Positions 49,359 to 60,386 of a stretch of 64,000 nucleotides of DNA are shown here, in pieces. The notes beneath the pieces are model-generated. The model ran no database searches. It was not told the DNA's origin and saw only the letters and a program-made list of their open reading frames with translations. The position numbers were made by a program, and so were the translations under genes. The DNA comes from Tagaea sp. (GTDB lineage: Bacteria > Pseudomonadota > Alphaproteobacteria > CACIAM-22H2): positions 1,632,001 through 1,696,000 of the forward strand of contig CBDIIB010000005.1 in the NCBI GenBank assembly GCA_965279525.1. The letters are read 5' to 3'. The number at the start of each line of letters is the position of its first letter. The first letter of the stretch is position 1.

Positions 49359-50459
49359 CTAAAGATGGCCGGCCGCCCAGTGCGCGAGGGCCGCCGGGTC
49401 GGCACCGCCGACGGCCGCACCGGCGATCCGTTCGCCGACGAGTGCACCGAACTTGAACCCGTGACCGCTGAACCCCGTCGCGACATAGGCGGCGGACCCC
49501 AGCTTCTCGACGATGAAACGCTCGTCGGCGACGGTGTCGTAGAAGCAGGATTTAGCGGCGCTGATCCGGTATTCGTCCAGCCGTGCCAGCCGCCGGGCGC
49601 AGACCGCGAGCAGTTCTTCGGCCGCCGCCGGATCGGCGTCGCGCGGTTCGTCGGGATCGCCGACATTGCTGAAGGTGTGGAACCCGACCTTCAGGCCGCG
49701 GCCCTGGCGCGGGGGCACCAGATAGAAGCTTCCCGACGCGGCCTTGTCGAGCAGCAGCGGCATGTCGCCCCAGATGTCCCGCCAGTCGGCGGGCGGATCG
49801 AGATAGATGATCGTCTGGCGCGACGGGGTCATCCGGGCGGCCATTGCCGGCACCAGCCGGTTCGTCCACGGACCGGCGCACACGACAAGGGCATCGCCCG
49901 ACAGCCGACGGCCGTCCGCCAGCGTCACGGCCGCGCGCTCAGGGTCGATGTCGCGCACCGGCGCGTTCGCGTGCAGCGTTGCACCGTGCGCGCGCAGCCA
50001 GCCGGCGAGTGCCGCAACGATGTCGCCCGCGAACAGCGTGCCGCCGCTATCGGCTTCCAGAACGTCGGCAAAGCCGTCCGGGATCAGCGCCGGATAGCGC
50101 CGGGCGAGGTCGGTCGGACGGGTGTGCGCCACGCCGCACTTGTCCATGGCGGCGCGGCTCGCCGCGATCCAGCCGTTGGTGTCGTCCTCGAACATCAGCG
50201 AGCCGCTCGGCGCATAGAGCGTGCGGCCGAGATCGGCCCACAGACGGTCCCATGCGCCATAGGCATCGGCGACCATGCGCGTGTAGCCGACCTGCGCGCC
50301 GTAGGGATAGCGGATCAGCCGGTGCTGGTCGACCGACGAGCCGATCGGATTGGGGATCGCCGCCTGCTCGACGATCTCGACGTGCGCGCCGCGCTTGACG
50401 GCCGACCACGCGGTCGAAAGCCCGAAGATCCCGGCGCCAACGATCAGAAGCTTCGTCAT
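49359..50459 (-). CDS. FAD-dependent oxidase, monomeric sarcosine/pipecolate oxidase family
   Basis: VGAGIFG, SS....RLIR.Y, SCFY (flavinylation Cys position), GFSGHGFKF. Confidence 0.85.
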   Translation of the reverse strand: MTKLLIVGAGIFGLSTAWSAVKRGAHVEIVEQAAIPNPIGSSVDQHRLIRYPYGAQVGYTRMVADAYGAWDRLWADLGRTLYAPSGSLMFEDDTNGWIAASRAAMDKCGVAHTRPTDLARRYPALIPDGFADVLEADSGGTLFAGDIVAALAGWLRAHGATLHANAPVRDIDPERAAVTLADGRRLSGDALVVCAGPWTNRLVPAMAARMTPSRQTIIYLDPPADWRDIWGDMPLLLDKAASGSFYLVPPRQGRGLKVGFHTFSNVGDPDEPRDADPAAAEELLAVCARRLARLDEYRISAAKSCFYDTVADERFIVEKLGSAAYVATGFSGHGFKFGALVGERIAGAAVGGADPAALAHWAAGHL

Positions 50460-51421
50460 TTGCGGCTCGCTTCATACACGAGTTCGGCGGCGGCGAGATC
50501 CTCGAGTGCGGTGCCCACCGACTTGAACAGCGTGATCTGGTTGTGGAACGAGCGGCCGGCGGCACGCCCTTGGGTGAGGTCGGCAAGATCGCCGGCGATC
50601 TGCTTTTCCAGAAGCGTGCCGTTGGCCATCGGCTGCACGATGTCGCCCGCTTCCTTGAGCGCGCCGCTCCAGGTGTCGACATAGACGCGCGATCGCGCGA
50701 TCGCCTCGTCGTCGGCCTCGCGCATCTGCGGCGTGAAGCCGCCGACCAGATCGACATGCTGGCCGGGCCGCAGCCACGCGCCTTGCACCAGCGGTTCCTT
50801 GGCAAGCGTGGCGCAGCTGATCGTGTCGGCCCAGGCGACGGCCTCGGAAAGGTCGGTCATCGCGCGCGCCTTCAGGCGCCGTCCGTCGAAGTTGGCCGCA
50901 AGCGTCTGCGCCTTTTTCGCATCGCGGCCCCACACGACGAGTTCGCGGATCGGCCGCACGCTCGCGTGCGCGAGGATCAGATGCGGGGCGAGCGAACCTG
51001 TCCCCACCATCAGCAGTTTTTCGGAATCCGGGCGCGAGAGATATTTCGCCGCCAGGGCCGAGGCCGCCGCGGTGCGCTTCAGCGTCAGCATGTGCCCGTC
51101 GATCATCGCGAGCGGCGTGCCGTTGCGCGCGGACATCAGGATGTAGCTCGCCATCACCGCGGGCAGGCCCTGCTCGCCGTTCGACGGAAAGACCGTGACG
51201 ATCTTGACGCCGCAGTACCGGCCCGCCTGCCAGGCCGGCATCAGCAGCAGCGAGGCCGGCTGGGCATCGGGCACGTCCATCGCGTGGCGGTGGCGCAGCG
51301 GAACTTCGGCACCCTTGCGGAAGGCGTTGCGCAGAGCTTCGACCAAAGCACCCGCTTCGAGGATGCTCTCGACGTCGCTGGCACCGATCACGCGAATTCC
51401 GCCGCCGTGCATGCCGCGCAT
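50456..51421 (-). CDS. Ornithine cyclodeaminase/mu-crystallin family protein (imine reductase-like)
   Basis: LLMPAW, GVKIVTVFP.N, LT.KRTAAAS, VGTGSLA, MREAD, FKSVG.ALED. Confidence 0.9.
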   Translation of the reverse strand: MRGMHGGGIRVIGASDVESILEAGALVEALRNAFRKGAEVPLRHRHAMDVPDAQPASLLLMPAWQAGRYCGVKIVTVFPSNGEQGLPAVMASYILMSARNGTPLAMIDGHMLTLKRTAAASALAAKYLSRPDSEKLLMVGTGSLAPHLILAHASVRPIRELVVWGRDAKKAQTLAANFDGRRLKARAMTDLSEAVAWADTISCATLAKEPLVQGAWLRPGQHVDLVGGFTPQMREADDEAIARSRVYVDTWSGALKEAGDIVQPMANGTLLEKQIAGDLADLTQGRAAGRSFHNQITLFKSVGTALEDLAAAELVYEASRK

Positions 51422-51432
51422 CGCCGGTGGCC

Positions 51433-51765
51433 CTAGATCGGCGGGCCCGGCGGCAGCGCCGGAGACGTGGACGGCAGGGACCTGCTTTCGGCGGCCTTCA
51501 CGCTTTCAAGTTCGCGCGCCAGTCCATCGGCCCGCCTTGTGGCTTCGCGCGCACGCTTGCGCGTGCGGCCCTGCGCCAGCCAGGCGATCCCGGCCCCCAT
51601 GCCGAAGCCGATATAGAGTGCGCCCACCAGGGCCACGAAGACCGGCATCTCGAAGGCGGGGCCGACAGGCCAGAAATCGACGCGCACGTCGCCGCGATTG
51701 CCGAGCGCGAACAGGCCCGCCAGGGCCGCGAGCAGGCCGGCGAAGATCCAGTAGACGACGCGCAC
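51433..51765 (-). CDS. LapA family membrane protein
   Basis: Two TMs with FA..N...V.V.FWP and a basic coiled tail; conserved position after ihfB. Confidence 0.75.
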   Translation of the reverse strand: MRVVYWIFAGLLAALAGLFALGNRGDVRVDFWPVGPAFEMPVFVALVGALYIGFGMGAGIAWLAQGRTRKRAREATRRADGLARELESVKAAESRSLPSTSPALPPGPPI

Positions 51766-51775
51766 CGGCCCGGCC

Positions 51776-52072
51776 TCAGCCGGACTTGCCGCCGTCGTCG
51801 TTCAGCTTTTCGCGAAGTTCCTTGCCCGTCTTGAAGAACGGGATGAATTTTTCCGTAACGTCGACCGCCGCACCCGTGCGCGGGTTGCGGCCGGTGCGCG
51901 CACCCCGGCGCTTGACCGAGAAAGCGCCGAAACCACGCAGTTCGACGCGATGGCCGCGCGCGAGTGCGGCGGTGATCTCGTCGAACACGGTGGTGACGAT
52001 ACGTTCCACGTCGCGCTGGTAAAGATGCGGGTTGAGTTCGGCCAGCCGCAATATGAGTTCGGACTTGGTCAT
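51776..52072 (-). CDS. ihfB: Integration host factor subunit beta
   Basis: [34 protein letters not shown]. Confidence 0.97.
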   Translation of the reverse strand: MTKSELILRLAELNPHLYQRDVERIVTTVFDEITAALARGHRVELRGFGAFSVKRRGARTGRNPRTGAAVDVTEKFIPFFKTGKELREKLNDDGGKSG

Positions 52073-52102
52073 CGGCCAAACACCCCTAGCGCTTGGAAAT
52101 CG

Positions 52103-53029
52103 TTAGCGGAAACGCAAATCAGGGTGCCAGACCGCCACAAGCCCGTCAAGCGTAAGTCGTTCCGGCAGATAGCTTTTTCCCAACGCCGCCGAAACGGCTG
52201 TCCGGACGAGCCCGCCCAGCAGCTGTTCTTCTCGCCAAACCCTGATTTCCCGCAGCGGAAAGCTTGATTTGACGCCCTTTTCCTCAAGCCAGTCGCGCGC
52301 CTCGCCGATCCCGCCAAGGGCGTCGATCAGGCCGTTGGCCTTGGCCTGGCGGCCCGTGTAGACGCGCCCGTCGGCCAGTGCGAGCGCCGTCGGACGGTCC
52401 ATACCGCGCCGTTCGGCGACCATGCCGACGAACATTTCGTACATGTCCTCGACCAACGCGCGGGTCGCGGCGCGGCCCGTATCGGTCAAAGGCTCGAGCG
52501 GCGAGGGCACGGCCTTCAGCGGCGACGACTTGATCGCCTCGGCCGACACGCCGAGCTTTTCCAGCAGGCCCGTCACGTCGGTCGTCTGCAGGATCACGCC
52601 GATCGAGCCGGTGATCGTGCCCTCGCGCGCGACGATGTGGTCGGCCGCGATCGCGACCATGTAGCCGCCCGACGCCGCGACCTCGCCCAGCACGGCGACG
52701 ACGGGCTTGGTCTCGGCGATCCGGCGCACGGCGCGAAAGAAGCTCTCGCCGCCCACGACGGTGCCGCCGGGGCTGTCGATGCGCAGCACGAGCGCTTTGG
52801 CGGACGAACCGTCCATCGTCTCTTCGAGCGCCTCGATGAGGTCGGTATCGTCGGTGATGATGCCGGACAGGCGCAACTCGGCGACGAAGGGGCCGTAGTT
52901 GCGAGCGATGTCGCTGCCGCCCGCGAGCAGGGCGATGGCGCCGGCCGCGACCAGCACGCTGGCCGCACGCCACAGGGAACGCGAGCGCTTGAGCCGGCGC
53001 CGTTCGACGAGAAGTTCAGGATCGTTCAT
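52103..53029 (-). CDS. sppA: Signal peptide peptidase SppA (S49)
   Basis: IDSPGG, AASGGY, TGSIGV, ADGRVYTG.QA...GLID. Confidence 0.93.
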   Translation of the reverse strand: MNDPELLVERRRLKRSRSLWRAASVLVAAGAIALLAGGSDIARNYGPFVAELRLSGIITDDTDLIEALEETMDGSSAKALVLRIDSPGGTVVGGESFFRAVRRIAETKPVVAVLGEVAASGGYMVAIAADHIVAREGTITGSIGVILQTTDVTGLLEKLGVSAEAIKSSPLKAVPSPLEPLTDTGRAATRALVEDMYEMFVGMVAERRGMDRPTALALADGRVYTGRQAKANGLIDALGGIGEARDWLEEKGVKSSFPLREIRVWREEQLLGGLVRTAVSAALGKSYLPERLTLDGLVAVWHPDLRFR

Positions 53030-53643
53030 GGGCGCAATCTAGGGCCGGGGGCCCGCCGCCTCAAGCCCGGTGCTTCCCGTACATAGACGGGTCGCCCGGC
53101 ATCGACGGAATCGGGTGCGGCACGGAAGCCGGCTTTCTCGAACAGGCTTCGGGTGCCGGTCCACGCGAACACGTCCGGCAGGCGCTTGTCCGACGTCGCC
53201 GGTCGCACCGGATAGCCTTCGACGACGACCGCACCTTGCGCGAACGCGTAGGCAGCCGCCGCCTTCAGCAATGCGCGCCCCACGCCCTTGCCGCGCCAGT
53301 CGCGGCGCACGAAGAAACAGACGACCGACCAGGCGGAGTCGTCGGCGCGCATGCGCCGGAGCTTGCGCGACTTGCCAAGCCGCGGGAACGAAGCGCGCGG
53401 GCCGACGCGGCACCAGCCGACCGGCTCGTCGCCGGCGAAGGCAAGCAAAGCGTGCGTGTGCCCGGCGCGCATTTCCATTTCGAGCGCGCGGCGGTTGGGA
53501 TCGCCGCGGCCCTCGTCATAGTCGGCCTTGAGCAGGCCCCAATACATGCACCAGCAGCCAGCACATGCCCCCTTCACGCCGAAGAGGGTGGCGACGGCCG
53601 GCATGTCGGACCGGAGGGCGGGGCGGATCGTCGGCCGGGTCAT
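53026..53643 (-). CDS. GNAT family N-acetyltransferase
   Basis: GCWC, VGWC..GPR, CFFV...WRGKGVG..LL, EGYP. Confidence 0.85.
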   Translation of the reverse strand: MTRPTIRPALRSDMPAVATLFGVKGACAGCWCMYWGLLKADYDEGRGDPNRRALEMEMRAGHTHALLAFAGDEPVGWCRVGPRASFPRLGKSRKLRRMRADDSAWSVVCFFVRRDWRGKGVGRALLKAAAAYAFAQGAVVVEGYPVRPATSDKRLPDVFAWTGTRSLFEKAGFRAAPDSVDAGRPVYVREAPGLRRRAPGPRLRP

Positions 53644-53671
53644 GCGCGCGAGGATAGGCCGGGCGGCGGGC

Positions 53672-53704
53672 AAAGAAAAAGGGCGGACCTTTCGGTCCGC
53701 CCTT
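53672..53704 (-). terminator. Rho-independent terminator of rpsA
   Basis: Minus strand AAGGGCGGACC-GAAA-GGTCCGCCCTT followed by TTTCTTT. Confidence 0.9.
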
Positions 53705-53734
53705 CGTTCTTTCCCGGTCGGGAAAGGTGCAGGA

Positions 53735-55462
53735 TCACTCCTGCTCCTTCTCCGCCTTGCGCTTGAGGGCGGCACCGAGGATGTCGCCGAGCGAAGCGCC
53801 CGAGTCCGAGGACCCGAACTGCTGCATGGCTTCCTTGTCTTCCTCGATCTCGCGCGCCTTGATGGACATCGAGATCTTGCGGCTCGCGCGATCCATCTGG
53901 GTGATCTTCGCGTCGACCTTCTCGCCCATCGCGTAACGCTCGGGGCGCTGCTCCGCACGGTCGCGGCTCAGGTCCGACTTGCGGATGAAGCCGGTGACGC
54001 CGTCGGCCAGCGTGAGCTCGATGCCGTTTTCCTGCACGGCCGAGACCGTGCCGGTGACGACGTCGCCCTTCTTGAAGCCCTGGGCGGCGGATTCGAACGG
54101 ATCGGCCGTGAGCTGCTTGATGCCGAGCGAGATGCGTTCCTTCTCGACGTCGACGTCCAGCACCTTGACCTTGACCTTGTCGCCCTTCTTGTAGGCCTTG
54201 ATGGCCTCTTCGCCGGACTTCTCCCAGTCGATGTCGGAGAGGTGCACCATGCCGTCGATCTCGCCGGGCAGGCCCACGAACAGGCCGAACTCGGTGATGT
54301 TCTTGACCTCGCCCTCGAGCTCCGTGCCGCCCTGGAACTTGACCTTGAACACGTCCCACGGGTTGTCCATGCACTGCTTGAGGCCGAGCGAGATGCGGCG
54401 CTTCGAGCTGTCGACGTCGAGCACCATCACTTCGACTTCCTGCGAGGTCGAGACGATCTTGCCCGGGTGGACGTTCTTCTTCGTCCAGCTCATCTCCGAG
54501 ACGTGCACGAGGCCTTCGATGCCCGGCTCCAGCTCCACGAAGGCGCCGTAGTCGGTGATGTTCGTGACGCGACCCTTGAAGCGCGCGTTCGCCGGATACT
54601 TGGCGGCAACGCCTTCCCACGGATCGGCCTCGAGCTGCTTCATGCCCAGCGAGATGCGCTGGGTCTCGGCGTTGAAGCGGATGACCTGCACCTTGACGTG
54701 CTGGCCGATCGACAGCGCTTCCGACGGATGGTTGATGCGCTTCCAGGCGATGTCGGTGACGTGCAGCAGGCCGTCCACGCCGCCGAGATCGACGAACGCG
54801 CCGTAGTCCGTGATGTTCTTGACCACGCCTTCGAGGATCTGGCCTTCCTTCAGCGAGGCGACCAGTTCCGAGCGCTGCTCGGCGCGTGTCTCTTCGAGGA
54901 CGGCGCGCCGCGAGACGACGATGTTGCCGCGCGAGCGGTCCATCTTGAGGATCTGGAAGGGCTGCGGGGTGCCCATCAGCGGGGTGATGTCGCGCACGGG
55001 GCGGATGTCGACCTGGCTGCCGGGAAGGAACGCGACCGCACCGCCGAGATCGACCGTGAAGCCGCCCTTGACGCGCCCGAAGATGACGCCGGTGACGCGC
55101 GCGTTGTCCTTGAAGTTCTTGTCCAGCGCGCCCCAGGCTTCTTCGCGCTTTGCCTTGTCGCGCGAGAGCGAGGCTTCGCCGTGCTTGTCTTCCATGCGCT
55201 CGACGAACACGTCGACCGTGTCGCCGGCCTTGAGCTCGACGGGCGTGCCCGCCGTGCCGAATTCCTTGAGGGCCACGCGGCCTTCCGACTTGAGGCCCAC
55301 GTCGATGATGGCGAAATCGCCCTCGATCGAGATCACGGTGCCCTTGACGACGCGGCCGTCGAACGACCCGCCTGCGCCGAGCGACTCTTCAAGCAGAGCC
55401 GCAAAACTCTCGCCGCCCGTCGACGCCGTCGGCGCCTTGGACAGGCTGGATGCTTTCGCCAT
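53735..55462 (-). CDS. rpsA: 30S ribosomal protein S1
   Basis: Six S1 domains (DVGLKSEG, AFLPGS, YGAFVDLGG.DGLLH, RISLGMKQL). Confidence 0.98.
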   Translation of the reverse strand: MAKASSLSKAPTASTGGESFAALLEESLGAGGSFDGRVVKGTVISIEGDFAIIDVGLKSEGRVALKEFGTAGTPVELKAGDTVDVFVERMEDKHGEASLSRDKAKREEAWGALDKNFKDNARVTGVIFGRVKGGFTVDLGGAVAFLPGSQVDIRPVRDITPLMGTPQPFQILKMDRSRGNIVVSRRAVLEETRAEQRSELVASLKEGQILEGVVKNITDYGAFVDLGGVDGLLHVTDIAWKRINHPSEALSIGQHVKVQVIRFNAETQRISLGMKQLEADPWEGVAAKYPANARFKGRVTNITDYGAFVELEPGIEGLVHVSEMSWTKKNVHPGKIVSTSQEVEVMVLDVDSSKRRISLGLKQCMDNPWDVFKVKFQGGTELEGEVKNITEFGLFVGLPGEIDGMVHLSDIDWEKSGEEAIKAYKKGDKVKVKVLDVDVEKERISLGIKQLTADPFESAAQGFKKGDVVTGTVSAVQENGIELTLADGVTGFIRKSDLSRDRAEQRPERYAMGEKVDAKITQMDRASRKISMSIKAREIEEDKEAMQQFGSSDSGASLGDILGAALKRKAEKEQE

Positions 55463-55551
55463 TCAGATGGTTCCTCTCGTATTCAACGCCGGACGTCCGT
55501 AAGGCACATTGCCTTCGGCCGACGCCGGGGCTGGGGTTCGCGCTTCGGGGA

Positions 55552-56169
55552 CTATCCCCGGGCGCGTGTCTTCGCCGAGATGAGGCCGAGAGCCATCCGG
55601 AACGCTGCGTCGGGATCGAGATCGGACGTGTCGAGCACGTCGGCATCGGAAGCCGGCTTCAAGGGGGCTTCAGCACGTTCGCTGTCCCGCTTGTCGCGTT
55701 CCGCCAGATCGGCGAAAACGGCGGCATATATAGGGGTTTCACCTCGGCCAAGCAATTCATTATATCGCCGCCGCGCGCGTGCCTCGGGGCTGGCCGTGAC
55801 GAAGATCTTCACGGTTTCCGGCCACGGGCACACGACGGTGCCGATGTCGCGCCCGTCGAGCACGGCCCCTTGCGCCTGGCGGGCGAAATTGCGCTGGAAT
55901 TCCAACAGGGACGCGCGCACCGCGGGGATGACCGCGACCTTCGAGGCATGCGCCCCCACGGCCCCGCTGCGCAGGTCGGGGGCATCCATGTCGGCAAGGC
56001 GGAAGCCGGCGGCGGCCGCCTCCGGCGTTTCGCCGGTGCGCAAGACCCTGGACGCAACCGCCCGATAAAGCGCCCCCGTATCGAGATGCGGCAGGCCGAA
56101 ATGCGCGGCGATCCGCTTGGCGAGCGTGCCCTTGCCGGCGGCGGCCGGCCCGTCGAGGGCGATGATCAT
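55552..56169 (-). CDS. cmk: Cytidylate kinase
   Basis: [34 protein letters not shown]. Confidence 0.95.
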   Translation of the reverse strand: MIIALDGPAAAGKGTLAKRIAAHFGLPHLDTGALYRAVASRVLRTGETPEAAAAGFRLADMDAPDLRSGAVGAHASKVAVIPAVRASLLEFQRNFARQAQGAVLDGRDIGTVVCPWPETVKIFVTASPEARARRRYNELLGRGETPIYAAVFADLAERDKRDSERAEAPLKPASDADVLDTSDLDPDAAFRMALGLISAKTRARG

Positions 56170-57536
56170 CGGCCCGTGTCGACCTGGCCGCCCAGTGTGC
56201 GCACCAGCTCGATGAAGCCGGGGAAGCTCGTCGCGATGGCGCCGATGTCGTCGACCGTGACGGGCTTGGCGGCCGCAAGGCCCATCACGAGGAAGCTCAT
56301 CGCGATGCGGTGGTCGAGATGCGTGGCGATCGCGGGCGTGCCGGCCGCCATGCCCGGCGGCGGGCCGTCATTGCCTTCGACGATCAGGTCGTCGCCGTCG
56401 ATGGTCGCGGCAACGCCGCACGCCGCAAGGCCGCGCGCGATGGCCGACAGCCGGTCGCTTTCCTTGACGCGAAGCTCGTTCAAGCCGCGCATCACGGTGC
56501 GCCCCTTCGCGCACGACGCGGCGACCGCGAGGATCGGGTATTCGTCGATCATCGAGGGCGCGCGTCCCGCCGGCACGTCGACGCCCTTCAGCTTGGTGAA
56601 CTTCACAGAAATGTCGCCGACCGGCTCGCCGGCCTGGGTGGACGCATTGCCGATATCGAGCGTGGCGCCCATCTCGCGCAGCGTCTGGTAGAGCCCCGTG
56701 CGCCGCACGTTGAGGCCCACGTTGCGCACCGTCACCTCCGAACCCGGCACGATCAGGCCGGCGACGAGTGCAAACGCGGCCGACGACGGATCGCCGGGCA
56801 CGCGGACGTCGCGGCCCGTCAGCTCCGGCTGGCCCTTGAGTGCGATGCGGGTCCCCTGCGGCGTATCGCTTACGTCGAGCTCGGCGCCGAAATGGCGGAA
56901 CATCAGCTCGGTATGGTCGCGCGTGGCTTCCTTCTCGATCACGACCGTGGTGCCTGGCGTGTTGAGGCCGGCCAGAAGGACCGCACTCTTCACCTGGGCC
57001 GACGGCACGGGGACCACGTACTCGATGGGCAGCGGCTCGGCAGCGCCGATCACGGTCAACGGCAGCAGCACCTTGCCGTCGGCCCGCCCGCGCGCGACGA
57101 ACTTGGCGCCCATCTTTTCCAGCGGCTGCGTGACGCGGCCCATCGGCCGGCGGCGCAGCGAGGCATCGCCCGTGAACACGGCGACGATTGGGTGGGACGC
57201 GATCAGGCCCATCAGCAGGCGCGCACCGGTCCCGGCATTGCCAAGGTCGAGCACGTCGGCGGGTTCGACGAGCGCACCCACGCCGCGCCCGCGCGCGCGC
57301 CAGATGCCCGTCTTGTCGTCGCGGGAGATCTCGGCGCCCATCTGGCGCATCGCGGCGGCCGTGCGCAGCACGTCCTCGCCCTCGAGCAGGCCGTGAATGA
57401 CCGTCTCGCCCACGGCGAGCCCGCCCAGCATCAGCGAGCGGTGGGAGATCGACTTGTCGCCCGGCACGCCGGTCGTGCCCTTGAGCGGGGCGCCCGGCCG
57501 GCTGGTGGCGGGGAGGGGCGGTGTGGCGCTCGACAT
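56166..57536 (-). CDS. aroA: 3-phosphoshikimate 1-carboxyvinyltransferase (EPSP synthase)
   Basis: [40 protein letters not shown]. Confidence 0.97.
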   Translation of the reverse strand: MSSATPPLPATSRPGAPLKGTTGVPGDKSISHRSLMLGGLAVGETVIHGLLEGEDVLRTAAAMRQMGAEISRDDKTGIWRARGRGVGALVEPADVLDLGNAGTGARLLMGLIASHPIVAVFTGDASLRRRPMGRVTQPLEKMGAKFVARGRADGKVLLPLTVIGAAEPLPIEYVVPVPSAQVKSAVLLAGLNTPGTTVVIEKEATRDHTELMFRHFGAELDVSDTPQGTRIALKGQPELTGRDVRVPGDPSSAAFALVAGLIVPGSEVTVRNVGLNVRRTGLYQTLREMGATLDIGNASTQAGEPVGDISVKFTKLKGVDVPAGRAPSMIDEYPILAVAASCAKGRTVMRGLNELRVKESDRLSAIARGLAACGVAATIDGDDLIVEGNDGPPPGMAAGTPAIATHLDHRIAMSFLVMGLAAAKPVTVDDIGAIATSFPGFIELVRTLGGQVDTGR

Positions 57537-57718
57537 GGGGCCTCTAAGTGGGAATTGCGGCGGCAGGATCAGGGCTTGTAGCAACGCCGCCCGGCAGGGG
57601 CAACCGCCGCCGGCGGGCGCCGGTTGACAGGGGGGCCGGGACATGGCATTCCCCCCGCCCGTTCGAATTTGGTGCCGTTTTTGCGACGTAAACGGGCGGT
57701 ACCGCGAAGGAGCGATCG

Positions 57719-58042
57719 ATGGCGAAGGCCGAATGGGGTTTGAAGCGCACGTGCCAGGGCTGTGGCGCGCGTTTCTATGACCTGTCCAAGGATCCGATCA
57801 TGTGCCCGAAATGCGGGGCCGAGTACGATCCCGAAGTGCTGCTGAAGTCGCGTCGCGGCAAGCCGGCACCGGCTCCGAAGGTCGTCGCCGCCGTGGTCGA
57901 GGAGGTCGAGGTCCCCGACGCCCCCGCCGAGGAGGGTGCCGAGGAAGAGGAAGATGCGGTGATCGAGGACACCTCGGAACTGGGCGAGGACGAAGAAGAC
58001 GTCGCCGAGGTGATCGAGAACGTCGAAGACGAGGAACGTTGA
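57719..58042 (+). CDS. TIGR02300 (FYDLN_acid) zinc-ribbon protein
   Basis: [30 protein letters not shown] plus an acidic tail. Confidence 0.92.
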   Translation: MAKAEWGLKRTCQGCGARFYDLSKDPIMCPKCGAEYDPEVLLKSRRGKPAPAPKVVAAVVEEVEVPDAPAEEGAEEEEDAVIEDTSELGEDEEDVAEVIENVEDEER

Positions 58043-58108
58043 CCCTCGGGCACCTTTCGCCATAAATAACGCCGCAGGCCCGGGGACCCAAACCCGGCCG
58101 CAGATTTC

Positions 58109-58184
58109 GGGGCCATAGCTCAGCTGGGAGAGCGCCGCAATGGCATTGCGGAGGTCAGCGGTTCGATCCCGCTTGGCTCCACCA
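58109..58184 (+). tRNA. tRNA-Ala(GGC)
   Basis: 76-nt cloverleaf GGGGCCA...TGGCTCC-ACCA; anticodon loop ATGGCAT; G3:U70 and A32-U38; GGTTCGA T-arm. Confidence 0.98.
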
Positions 58185-58193
58185 AGACGAAAC

Positions 58194-58230
58194 AAGGGCT
58201 TCGCCGGAAACGGCGGAGCCCTTATGTTTT
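58194..58230 (+). terminator. Rho-independent terminator after tRNA-Ala
   Basis: AAGGGCTTCGCCG-GAAA-CGGCGGAGCCCTT followed by ATGTTTT. Confidence 0.8.
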
Positions 58231-58252
58231 GGGCCGCATCAAAGGAGCACCC

Positions 58253-59230
58253 ATGAAGATCGCGATCGTCGGGGCAGGGGCAATCGGCGGGACCATTGCC
58301 GGGACGCTGGCGCGCAAGGGCGGGCACGAGGTTTCGGTGCTGGCGCGCGGAGCCCATCTCGCGGCGATCCGCGCGGGCGGGCTGAAGCTCGAGACCGAGA
58401 CCGGTGTGACGACCCATCGTCTTGCGGCATCCGACAAGCCGGCCGATCTGGGTGCGCAGGACATCGTGATCCTGGCGGCCAAGGGACATGGGCTGCCCGC
58501 ACTTGCACCGACGCTTTCGCCGCTGCTCGCCAAGGACACCATCGTCGTGTGCGCGCAGAACGGCATCCCGTGGTGGTTCTTCGCCGGCATCGACGCGCCC
58601 GAGCGCGACACGCCGCTTCCCGTCATCGATCCGGGCGGCGGCATCTGGAAGGCGCTGTCGGGCACGCGCGCGATCGGCTGCATGATCCAGATGCCGGCCA
58701 GCGTGCCGGCCCCCGGCCATGTCCACAATCCCGGCCTGCCGCGCACGCTCACGCTTGGCACGCCGCGCAAAGGTTCCGATCCCGAAGCGCTCGCCACCGC
58801 TTGCGGCGTGCTGTCGGCTGCCGGCTTCGAGGCGAAGCCGACCGACGACATGCGCACGGTCGTGTGGAACAAGCTCGTGCAGAACGCGTTCTTCGGGCCG
58901 ACCAGCGTGCTCACGCAGGCGCGCAACGGCGAGATCGTCGGCGCACCGGGCATTGCCGAGCTTCGCGCGCGCGTCGTCGATGAAGGGGTCGCCGCCGCTG
59001 CCGCGTGGGGCAGTTCGCTTGCCGACGCAGTACCAGCACTCAACTCGCCCAACATCGGCAGCCCCAACCACAAGACGTCGATGCTGCAGGATTTCGAGGC
59101 CGGCCGGCCGGTCGAGATCGGCCCGATCCTCGCCGCCCCCATCGATCTCGGGCGCCGGCGCGGCGTGGCGATGCCGACATTCGAAGCACTGCACACGTTG
59201 ATGGCGCTGCGAACGGCAAAGCGCGACTGA
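58253..59230 (+). CDS. Ketopantoate reductase (PanE/ApbA) family protein
   Basis: [27 protein letters not shown]...GR.VE; RBS AAGGAG. Confidence 0.88.
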   Translation: MKIAIVGAGAIGGTIAGTLARKGGHEVSVLARGAHLAAIRAGGLKLETETGVTTHRLAASDKPADLGAQDIVILAAKGHGLPALAPTLSPLLAKDTIVVCAQNGIPWWFFAGIDAPERDTPLPVIDPGGGIWKALSGTRAIGCMIQMPASVPAPGHVHNPGLPRTLTLGTPRKGSDPEALATACGVLSAAGFEAKPTDDMRTVVWNKLVQNAFFGPTSVLTQARNGEIVGAPGIAELRARVVDEGVAAAAAWGSSLADAVPALNSPNIGSPNHKTSMLQDFEAGRPVEIGPILAAPIDLGRRRGVAMPTFEALHTLMALRTAKRD

Positions 59231-59243
59231 AGGCGGGGGGCGC

Positions 59244-60368
59244 GTGAAAGACATCCAGGTCGGGCTGATCGGGGCGGGCTATATCGGCCACACGATGGCG
59301 CTTGCCTATCGCGCGGTCGGTGCCCTGTTCCCCGACCTGCCGCGCGTGCGGCTTGCGATGCTTGCCGATGTCGATGCCGCCGGTGCCGCGAAGGCCGCCG
59401 CGCGCTATGGCTTCGCGGCGGCGACGGCTGACTGGCGCGCGCTCGTCGCCGATCCCGCGATCGACATCGTCGCCATCGCCACGCCCAACCATCTGCATCG
59501 CGACATGGCGGTCGCGGCCCTTGAAGCGGGCAAGCACGTGCATTGCGAGAAGCCGCTCGCCCTCGATCTTGCACAGGCGCGCACGATGGAAGCGGCGGCG
59601 CGGCGTGCAAAGACATGCACCATCGTCGGCTACAACTATCTGCACAACCCGATGATCCGCACGGCGCGCGCAATCGTCGCCAGCGGCGAGATCGGCACGC
59701 CGGTGCATTTCAAGGGTGCCCACGACGAAGACTACATGGCCGATCCGGCGCTGCCGTTTTCGTGGCGCTGCGACCGGGCGCTCGCCGGGGCCGGCGCGCT
59801 CGCCGATCTGGGCTCGCACATCCTGAGTTTCGCCGACGCGCTGATGGGACCGGTCGCCGAAGTATGCGGCGATGTTTCCACGACGGTGCCGGTGCGCCCG
59901 CTGCAAGGCGGCGGCACACGCAAGGTCGAGAACGAGGACCAGGGCCATTTCCTCGTCCGCTTCGCGAGCGGGGCGACGGGTGCCATCGGGGCAAGCCGCG
60001 TGGCGCAGGGACGCAAGATGGGTCTCGCCTTCGAACTCGTCGGCACGAAGGGCTCGATCTCGTTCGACCAAGAGCGGCTCAACGAGCTTCGCGTCTATCG
60101 CGCGGACATGGGCACGGGCCGTGCCGGCTACACGACGATCCTCGCCGGCCCCGAGCATCCGGGCTATGCCGCGTTCTGCCCGGCGCCGGGCCATCAGATC
60201 GGCTTCACCGACCTGAAGACGCTCGAGGTGGCGCATTTCCTTGGCGCCATCCGCGACAAGGTGCCGGCCGAACCAGATTTCGCCGCCGCCTTGCGCTATG
60301 AGCGCGTCATCGACGCGGCGCTGCGTTCGGCCGAAGAACGGCGCTGGGTCCCGGTCGCGGCGGCGTAG
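59244..60368 (+). CDS. Gfo/Idh/MocA family oxidoreductase
   Basis: [31 protein letters not shown]; GTG start. Confidence 0.9.
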   Translation: MKDIQVGLIGAGYIGHTMALAYRAVGALFPDLPRVRLAMLADVDAAGAAKAAARYGFAAATADWRALVADPAIDIVAIATPNHLHRDMAVAALEAGKHVHCEKPLALDLAQARTMEAAARRAKTCTIVGYNYLHNPMIRTARAIVASGEIGTPVHFKGAHDEDYMADPALPFSWRCDRALAGAGALADLGSHILSFADALMGPVAEVCGDVSTTVPVRPLQGGGTRKVENEDQGHFLVRFASGATGAIGASRVAQGRKMGLAFELVGTKGSISFDQERLNELRVYRADMGTGRAGYTTILAGPEHPGYAAFCPAPGHQIGFTDLKTLEVAHFLGAIRDKVPAEPDFAAALRYERVIDAALRSAEERRWVPVAAA

Positions 60369-60386
60369 CCGCGCCGGACAGCCAGG

